From: Candidatus Nomurabacteria bacterium GW2011_GWA1_36_15
GTDB taxonomy: Bacteria > Patescibacteriota > Minisyncoccia > Phycocordibacterales > UBA9973
DNA: 64,000 bases
Direction: 5' to 3'
NCBI GenBank assembly: GCA_000991415.1
Contig: LBRM01000004.1
Span: 1,398-65,397, forward strand
Below, piece by piece: positions 57,277 to 64,000 of the stretch. The notes under the pieces were generated by a model, which worked only from the letters and a program-made list of their open reading frames with translations, searched no databases and was not told the origin of the DNA. Made by a program: the position numbers and the translations under genes. The first letter of the stretch is position 1, and each line of letters opens with the position of its first letter.

Positions 57277-58908
57277 ATGAAAAACATTAAATCAAAAGTC
57301 TTATCATTCGCTATCGTTTTGTTTTTGCTTCTTTCTTTTGGCAGTTTGAATACTTCAATAGCCCAAGCTGTTGAAGCTCAGCCTGTTTGCACTCTTGAAC
57401 AAATATCCGGCAGAACCATTGTTGACCTTACTCCTTATAACGGATTACGTTCAGATTCGGATGAAGCGGCTGCTACAGGAGGACCGTTTGCTACAGTATT
57501 AGTAGCAGGAACATATGATGTAACCTTGCAGTCTTATGATAATCATACAGAGAAAAATCAAATCCAGCCAAATGAACAGTGGTATCTTATTTTGAAAGAT
57601 ATAGGAGATAGCACTATTGCCACCACTTCTGCCATTAGTGATTTACCTGACGATATAGACAACTTGACAGAAATCGTGGATACAAATTTTGTTTTAACGA
57701 GTTCTGTTACATCAGCCACAACCTATCATGATGCTTATCCAGATTCTACTAGTGCAAATAGTATCCGTCCTGTCTGTGCAGCCTTTGATTTAGTTCTTCC
57801 CCCAACCGCTACCATTGAAGCTGTAAAAATTATTTGTCCGACCGAAGATCTACTTCCGAATTGGGGAGCAGGTGGAGAAGACATAACATCCGATACTGCA
57901 AGTGCTTTTTTGGAAGCTAATCCGACTTGTTATACTGAAGATTGGACATTTGAATGGGCTCCAGACAGTACGGTAAATCCAGGCAACCAGACAGAAACGG
58001 GAGGTGAGGATTGGACTGCTTTCACTTCTAGCGCTACAGTTCCAGCAGGAGCCTTAATCTGGGTTCGCGAACAATTCAATAGTGATTACATTTCATTTAG
58101 CGGAGACACTACCGAACCCCGAGATGAAGATGTTTCCGCGGAATTTTACTGCAGTAACGATGTATTAAATTATGATAACTATGATTTTATTGACCCGGTA
58201 GAAGCAGACCAGACTTACTACTGCGTAGGATTCAATGCGCCGATAGAACAACCGACAACAAATCCGCAATGTTCCGATGATGTTGATAATGACGGGGATG
58301 AACTTATAGATTCTGCCGACCCAGGCTGTCATAGTGATGGGAATGCAAGCGATACAGAATCATATGTTCCTAGTGACAATGATGAAACGGATGAAGATGA
58401 TGACGGTGGCGGAGGTGGTGGCGGGGGAAGTGGCAGCCATACGCGATGTTCCGATAACGACGATGGATTAGTAGATAGCGCTGACCCTGGATGCCATTCT
58501 GACGGTAATGCAAGTAATGCTGACTCATACGTTCCATCTGATAGTGACGAACAAAATGGAGGTCAAGTGCTCGGCGCTCAGACTTCCTGCGGTATTTATG
58601 TTGATAAATATCTGCGCAGGGGTTATAAAAACGACGCAGAGGCGGTTAAAAAAGTACAGCTATTTTTGAATGATTACTTGAAATTAAAATTAGAAGTAGA
58701 CGGAATCTATGGGTCTAAAACCGAAGAAGCGGTAAGGGTTTTCCAGATTTTGCACAAAGATAAGATTTTAACCCCATGGGGTGTTACGGCTTCTACCGGC
58801 ATATTCTATCTGACCACTCAAACCGAGGTGAATAATATTATGTGTCCGGATTTGAACTTGCAAATTCCAAGCAACTTGATTAACTTTACCGCTAGTATGA
58901 TTAATTGA
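57277..58908 (+). CDS. Secreted acidic surface protein with Asp/Cys repeats and C-terminal peptidoglycan-binding domain
   Basis: Signal peptide; two CSD..D.D...DSADPGC repeats; VKKVQLFLN...DGIYGSKTEEAVRVFQ. Confidence 0.75.
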   Translation: MKNIKSKVLSFAIVLFLLLSFGSLNTSIAQAVEAQPVCTLEQISGRTIVDLTPYNGLRSDSDEAAATGGPFATVLVAGTYDVTLQSYDNHTEKNQIQPNEQWYLILKDIGDSTIATTSAISDLPDDIDNLTEIVDTNFVLTSSVTSATTYHDAYPDSTSANSIRPVCAAFDLVLPPTATIEAVKIICPTEDLLPNWGAGGEDITSDTASAFLEANPTCYTEDWTFEWAPDSTVNPGNQTETGGEDWTAFTSSATVPAGALIWVREQFNSDYISFSGDTTEPRDEDVSAEFYCSNDVLNYDNYDFIDPVEADQTYYCVGFNAPIEQPTTNPQCSDDVDNDGDELIDSADPGCHSDGNASDTESYVPSDNDETDEDDDGGGGGGGGSGSHTRCSDNDDGLVDSADPGCHSDGNASNADSYVPSDSDEQNGGQVLGAQTSCGIYVDKYLRRGYKNDAEAVKKVQLFLNDYLKLKLEVDGIYGSKTEEAVRVFQILHKDKILTPWGVTASTGIFYLTTQTEVNNIMCPDLNLQIPSNLINFTASMIN

Positions 58909-59179
58909 ATACTATTTCCTTAAATAGCTTAAAATTCTGATGAGAATCAGCCTTTTTGGCGTTGTTAATTTGCGAGTATAATTTCTAAAGGACATAATAT
59001 AAACATGTCCGATAAAGCATTGATGTTCGATAGAAAATGATAAAATTATTTTAGCAATGGGGATTTTTGTATTTTGAAGTTATACACATGTTGTATATGT
59101 TTTTGGTTTTTTTTGCTTACTTTTTGGTTGCTTTTTGATATAATAAACACCATATTATTAATAATTAATTATAAAAATT

Positions 59180-59992
59180 ATGACTAAGAAAACTTTTTTT
59201 ATTCTTTTTGTAGTCTTGTTTCTTACCGGTATTTTAACCAGTAATGCAAATGCGAATCATTCATGGAATGGATATCACTGGGCCCGTACAGGGAATCCAT
59301 TCACCTTAAAACTGGGAGATAATGTCTCTTCCTTGTGGGATAACTATCTTGGAGTTGCATCAACTGATTGGACTCTGTCATCGGTTTTAAATACTACTAT
59401 TGTATCTGGACTTGGAGGTAAAAATTGTAAACCATCTGCCGGTCGAGTTGAAGTCTGTAATAAGAAATATGGAAATAATGGCTGGCTTGGTATAGCGCAA
59501 ATATGGGTGAATGGTAGTCATATTACCCAAGCTGTTACAAAAATGAACGATACCTACTTTAATCTAAAAACTTACAATACCCCGGCATGGAAACAATTTG
59601 TGGTTTGCCAAGAAATTGGGCATACGTTCGGACTAGACCATCAAGATGAAAACTTTAGTAACGCGAACTTAGGCACTTGTATGGATTACACTAATGACCC
59701 TGACGGTACTATTAGGGGACAAATGGATAACAAACATCCCAACCAACATGATTACGATATGCTTGAAACAATTTATGCGCATCTAGACAGTTTTAGCACT
59801 CTTCTTGGTAAAATTGGGAAAACCCCTTCTGCATCTATATTGGTAGAAAAAGTAGACGATAACATTGATATTTCAAATTCGTCAGAATGGGGTAAGGTTA
59901 TAAGAAAAGGGAGTGATGGACGTAGCTCTCTCCATGAACGTGACTTAGGTAAAGGAAACAAGGTATTTACCTTTGTTATCTGGGCGGAATAG
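59180..59992 (+). CDS. Secreted metzincin-like protein
   Basis: Signal peptide; QEIGHTFGLDH and TCMDY Met-turn. Confidence 0.7.
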   Translation: MTKKTFFILFVVLFLTGILTSNANANHSWNGYHWARTGNPFTLKLGDNVSSLWDNYLGVASTDWTLSSVLNTTIVSGLGGKNCKPSAGRVEVCNKKYGNNGWLGIAQIWVNGSHITQAVTKMNDTYFNLKTYNTPAWKQFVVCQEIGHTFGLDHQDENFSNANLGTCMDYTNDPDGTIRGQMDNKHPNQHDYDMLETIYAHLDSFSTLLGKIGKTPSASILVEKVDDNIDISNSSEWGKVIRKGSDGRSSLHERDLGKGNKVFTFVIWAE

Positions 59993-60205
59993 AATATTTT
60001 TAGTTTAAGCAAGGACTGTCCTTGCTTAGCTCAAATAACTTCATAGATATTTATACTTTGCTTTTTAAGTTTTAAGAGATGATTCGTAGATATTTATTGT
60101 TTTTACTTATCCACACAAACTCTTGTGCTTATTTGCAGTATAGCATATAATTTAAACCAAAGGTACCCATATTTGGGTACTAACAGAGTATACAATCACA
60201 ATACT

Positions 60206-60796
60206 ATGGAAAAAGATTACATTTTAGACCTAATGAGATCAAACAAAACAGTCTTTACTTTCAAAGATGTAATTTTACTGTGGGGAGAATCAGATATGAA
60301 TTTTGTTAAGAAAAAGATTAATCGCTATGTTAAAGCAGGTAAACTAAATGCAATACGTAGAGGTATTTATTCAAAAGACAAAAATTATGATAAATACGAA
60401 TTGGCCACAAAAATATATACTCCTTCATACATTAGTTTGGAAACAGCATTAGGCGCGGCCGGAATCACATTTCAGTTCTATGGCCAGATTTTTGCTGTCT
60501 CCTATCAAACAAAGGAAATTGAATGCGACAAACAAAAATATTCTTATCGTAAAATTAAAGATACTATTCTCACTAATCAAGCCGGTATAGAGTCAAGAGA
60601 AAATTACAATATCGCTTCGCCCGAGAGAGCATTCTTAGATGTTGTCTATCTTAATAAAGATTATCACTTTGATAATCTTTCGGCTTTGAATTGGGATAAG
60701 GTTTATGAAATTTTACCTGTTTATGGTGGTAACAAACGAATGGCAAAAATGGTGAAAATATATCATAAAGCAATGAAACAAAATTTAAAGCAATAA
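60206..60796 (+). CDS. AbiEi-like type IV antitoxin
   Basis: IRRGIY, SYISLETAL, IASPERAFLD; palindrome GTACCCA/TGGGTAC (60163-60180) in promoter. Confidence 0.8.
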   Translation: MEKDYILDLMRSNKTVFTFKDVILLWGESDMNFVKKKINRYVKAGKLNAIRRGIYSKDKNYDKYELATKIYTPSYISLETALGAAGITFQFYGQIFAVSYQTKEIECDKQKYSYRKIKDTILTNQAGIESRENYNIASPERAFLDVVYLNKDYHFDNLSALNWDKVYEILPVYGGNKRMAKMVKIYHKAMKQNLKQ

Positions 60797-60823
60797 TCAT
60801 ATTTATAGTGAATTTTTTGAACT

Positions 60824-61528
60824 ATGGCTCTTAATACCGCAAAACATAAAAATATTTTCATAAAAATCCTTAAAGATATCTATACTGATTCCACTATTAG
60901 TACGATTTTAGGATTTAAAGGTGGAACAGCTGCTGCACTTTTCTATAATCTTGACCGTTTCTCGGTAGATTTGGATTTTGATTTGCTTGACGCCGAAAAA
61001 GAGGACTATGTATTTGAACGTGTCAAAGCAATACTTGAAAATTACGGAAAATTAAAGCAGGTACAGAAGAAAAGGTTTAACTTTTTTTACATCCTTTCCT
61101 ATGACGAAAAAGATATTAACGCTCAAAATATCAAGGTGGAAATCAATCGCCGTGAATTTGGCTCAAAATACGATGTGAAATCATTCCTTGGTATTTCTAT
61201 GCAGGTAATGATTAAAGAGGATATGGCCGCCCATAAGCTCTGTGCGATGTACGAGCGAATCGGTAAAACCAATCGAGATATTTTTGATGTGCAATTTATT
61301 TTGGCACATGATTGGCCGGTGAACAAAAAGATTGTTGAGATTCGTACGGGTATGACCTATAAAGATTTTATAAATAAGGCCATTGACGTTATGGAAAAAT
61401 TTAATGACAGAAATATACTTTCCGGTATGGGTGAATTATTGACCGAGAAACAAAAAACATGGGCAAGAGCAAAGCTAAAATCTGATACAATTTTCTTATT
61501 GAAAGTTATGGCTAAGTTCAACAAGTAA
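60824..61528 (+). CDS. AbiEii-like nucleotidyltransferase toxin
   Basis: FKGGTA, RFSVDLDF, KVEI, HKL, RDIFD. Confidence 0.88.
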   Translation: MALNTAKHKNIFIKILKDIYTDSTISTILGFKGGTAAALFYNLDRFSVDLDFDLLDAEKEDYVFERVKAILENYGKLKQVQKKRFNFFYILSYDEKDINAQNIKVEINRREFGSKYDVKSFLGISMQVMIKEDMAAHKLCAMYERIGKTNRDIFDVQFILAHDWPVNKKIVEIRTGMTYKDFINKAIDVMEKFNDRNILSGMGELLTEKQKTWARAKLKSDTIFLLKVMAKFNK

Positions 61529-61681
61529 GTGCAACACTTCTAGTAAATAGCAAGGACCGTTCTTACTATTTGTGTTATTTGAGAAGTGGGAGTTGTGGGT
61601 AGTTGTTGTGTAGATTATCAGATTTTTGGGTAGATTTAGTGAATACTTGTGTAGTTTTGGATAATATGATAGTATTTATTT

Positions 61682-62401
61682 ATGGAAGAGGAATTATTTA
61701 CAATCAGCCAGGCGGCTAAATATCTCGGGGTTTCTTTGAATACGTTGCGTCGTTGGGACGAAAACGGTAGATTAATTGCTATAAGAAAAGATGGAGGCAC
61801 TCATCGGTATTATCGAGAAAAAGAGTTAGAAATTTTTGCCAGCGATTTGATGAAATTTGCCTCCGAGTGGATTCAAGAAAGCGTGGAGTTTCCTAATAGG
61901 TTTTATTGTTCAACAAGCTCTATTTTCAACGCAAGACTGACAAAGATGGAGTATGAACTTATGCAAAAACCAGGTTTTGAAAAATTATACTCTTTGATTG
62001 TTTTAATTACTGGAGAAATAGGTGATAATTCATTTGCTCATAATTTGGGTAAGTGGCCTGATACAGCTGGAATTTTTTTTGGATATGATCTCGTCAAACG
62101 TATTATTGTTCTGGCGGATAGAGGATTGGGTATTTTAGAAACATTACGTCAGGTTCGACCAGAACTTCCAAGCCACGTTATGGCGGTGGAAGTTGCGTTT
62201 ACTGAATTCATTTCTGGGCGCTCACCGGAAAAGCGTGGTAATGGACTTAAGCTTGTTCGCGAGGTGGTCCTGGAGCAGTCGATTGATTTATTTTTTACGA
62301 GTGGCGATGCCGAAGTACGCATGAAAGGTTCCGGTAAGGTATTTCATGTTACGCGTGGTCAGCGTATTGTGCGAGGGTGTTTAGCAAAGATAGAGTTTTA
62401 A
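61682..62401 (+). CDS. MerR-like HTH fused to HATPase-like domain
   Basis: AAKYLGVSLNTLRRWD...HRYY; EIGDNSFAH, DRGLG, RGNGL. Confidence 0.8.
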   Translation: MEEELFTISQAAKYLGVSLNTLRRWDENGRLIAIRKDGGTHRYYREKELEIFASDLMKFASEWIQESVEFPNRFYCSTSSIFNARLTKMEYELMQKPGFEKLYSLIVLITGEIGDNSFAHNLGKWPDTAGIFFGYDLVKRIIVLADRGLGILETLRQVRPELPSHVMAVEVAFTEFISGRSPEKRGNGLKLVREVVLEQSIDLFFTSGDAEVRMKGSGKVFHVTRGQRIVRGCLAKIEF

Positions 62402-62418
62402 TAAATTTAAAAAAATAT

Positions 62419-62712
62419 ATGAAATTACAATTAGAAAAGTTTGGCAAAACATTAATATCACGGGAAGTGGGCAGTGAGGCTTTTAAGGCATTTCAGCCAA
62501 CCTTGCGTGAGTTTTCTAAAGATGAAGAGCTGGAAATAGATTTTTCTGGCGTATTAACATTATCGCCGTCCTGGGCTGATGAATTTTTAAGTCCCTTATT
62601 TGCTCTTCTGGATAATCGCTTAGTGTTTTTACCGAGCGATAATCTTTCAGTGCACGCGACGCTTAAGATTCTAGAAGAGGTTAACAAACGACCATTCAAG
62701 ATTAAATCTTAA
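62419..62712 (+). CDS. STAS-like (DUF4325) protein
   Basis: LISREVG, IDFSGV..LSPSWADE. Confidence 0.8.
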   Translation: MKLQLEKFGKTLISREVGSEAFKAFQPTLREFSKDEELEIDFSGVLTLSPSWADEFLSPLFALLDNRLVFLPSDNLSVHATLKILEEVNKRPFKIKS

Positions 62713-62842
62713 CCTATTTGTTTTTAAAATATTTAAAGGATGTTGGTAAACAATGTGATGTCCGATAGAAAAATCAGTTACTAAATTTTTGTTATTAGCA
62801 CATAACATTGACAAGATGTCTAGTTTATGCTAATGTATAGTT

Positions 62843-62930
62843 AGTTACTTGAAAGCCCGGTGATGGACACTAGATAATTGCTTTTTATAAAGCAGTTCCC
62901 TTATTTAGTGTTCATCATCGGGCTTTTTTG
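62843..62930 (+). ncRNA. Candidate long-hairpin sRNA
   Basis: TTGACA-17-TAATGT promoter (62808-62836); 26-bp stem whose three deviations are all G-U pairs; ends in a U-run. Confidence 0.5.
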
Positions 62931-63375
62931 TTTCTTGTTGACTAGACAAGACCTAGTCAAAGACCTAGTCAAAGCATAATATATAATGGCTATTACTATT
63001 ATACGACCTGAAGCAATAAAACGAAAGGTATGGGGATTTTATACACAGTTTATTAACAGATACTATTTGACATATTTGTGTGAAATGGCAATATAGTTCG
63101 TAGTAGTATATTCACAAACCAATGAATTGGTTTTATGGATAGAAAAATAAATCAAGATTCTTGCTGGGAACCAAGAGTATGGATATTGGAGTAAAGATAA
63201 AAGATCAAGGAATCTGATTTATGTTAAAAAAATTCTCAAGATCAATATTTACTCAATAAATATTCTATATTTATATAAAATCCTATTTGATATAGGATTC
63301 TGTTCTTTAATAAATCCGAATCGTTGTGTTTTGTATTTTATTAAATTTTTCAAAATATAGAAAGGAAAATATGTT

Positions 63376-64000
63376 ATGGCAAAACTAATCATCATTGGTA
63401 GCGGGATTGTAGGTAGAGCAACGGGTGGGGGTTTTATTGCTGGAGGGCACGAGGTAGTCTTTTGTGATATTAACTTAGAAGTTTTAGCTAAGTTACAAAA
63501 TCAAGGACATAAAGTTTGTTCTCCAAATTTACTTGAACAAGAGACCAACGTGAAGGCGTTTTTCTTGGCCATATCCACACCAACCGTGGATAACAAAATC
63601 AAACTGGATTTTTTGGAATCAGCTGTCGCTAGTCTGGGGGAAGGTGCTCTAAAAAAATGCAATGACTATTGCATTGTTGTAATAAGAAGTACTGTACCAC
63701 CAAACACGATTGAAAGTACGTTGATTCCTCTTCTTGAAAAATACTCTGGGAAAAAAGCAGGCAAAGATTTTGGTGTCTGCATGAATCCAGAATATTTAAG
63801 AGAAAATAGCAACGAAGAAGATTTCAAAAATCCATGGATTATCGTTATCGGCGAACTGGATATCAAGTCGGGTAAAGTACTTGACGAGATATACGGCCCG
63901 CGTGATTGTCCGATTATTCACACCTCAATCAAGGAAGCGGAGGCGCAAAAATATATCCACAACCTCTTCAACGCCTGTAAAATTTCGTTTTTTAACGAGA
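63376..64000 (+). CDS. UDP-glucose/GDP-mannose dehydrogenase family, 3'-truncated by window edge
   Basis: Hand translation: MAKLIIIGSGIVG, STP, RSTVPP, NPEYLRE, KYIHNLFNACKISFFNE. Confidence 0.9.
   Translation, partial: MAKLIIIGSGIVGRATGGGFIAGGHEVVFCDINLEVLAKLQNQGHKVCSPNLLEQETNVKAFFLAISTPTVDNKIKLDFLESAVASLGEGALKKCNDYCIVVIRSTVPPNTIESTLIPLLEKYSGKKAGKDFGVCMNPEYLRENSNEEDFKNPWIIVIGELDIKSGKVLDEIYGPRDCPIIHTSIKEAEAQKYIHNLFNACKISFFNE

Noticed and set aside
58267-58551. Internal repeats of the surface protein as a second TR/VR pair
   Set aside because: Differences are mostly synonymous or indels with no adenine bias; ordinary domain duplication.
62948-62974. 12-bp tandem AAGACCTAGTCA x2 as a functional array
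   Set aside because: Only two identical copies; could be an assembly stutter like the one in dnaG.
59080-63116. DnaA-box-like 9-mers (TTATCCACA at 60107, TTATACACA near 59081 and 63039) as oriC
   Set aside because: Scattered, no dnaA or dnaN nearby, no dense cluster.
644-63866. Numerous short antisense or alternate-frame ORFs in the ORF track
   Set aside because: They overlap well-supported genes and lack motifs or promoters.
1-64000. Alternative genetic code (TGA=Gly/Trp)
   Set aside because: Core genes are full length in code 11, and pheS and rnc end at TGA.

Overview
AT-rich core chromosome of a reduced-genome bacterium; gene content and streamlined proteins suggest a CPR/Patescibacteria (Parcubacteria-like) organism using code 11 (inference). 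Housekeeping genes include pheST, gyrB, thrS, rpmF, nusB, rnc, smc, rnr, rpsP-khpA-trmD, rpoBC, dnaG (frameshifted), rpoD, tsf, rpsB, proS, mreBC, tgt, nrdJ, rnpB and tRNA-Thr. Accessory content includes a CsoR/CopA copper cluster, an AbiE toxin-antitoxin pair and secreted proteins. The main discovery is a complete chromosomal diversity-generating retroelement (DGR) at 7.7-10.4 kb: target gene with VR, TR, Avd and RT, with 20 of 23 TR/VR mismatches at TR adenines. Its layout is atypical: avd is antisense, and a G9 tract lies in the overlapping 5' ends of avd and RT. Other candidates are an orphan MazF/PemK-like gene faced by a convergent ~50-nt RNA with a consensus promoter, a three-copy structured leader before nusB, rpoB and a surface-protein gene, about 12 in-frame palindromic insertions in core proteins, palindrome-bounded Cas2-like and AbiE cassettes, and two further candidate sRNAs. 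All calls come from manual reading; no database searches were run.
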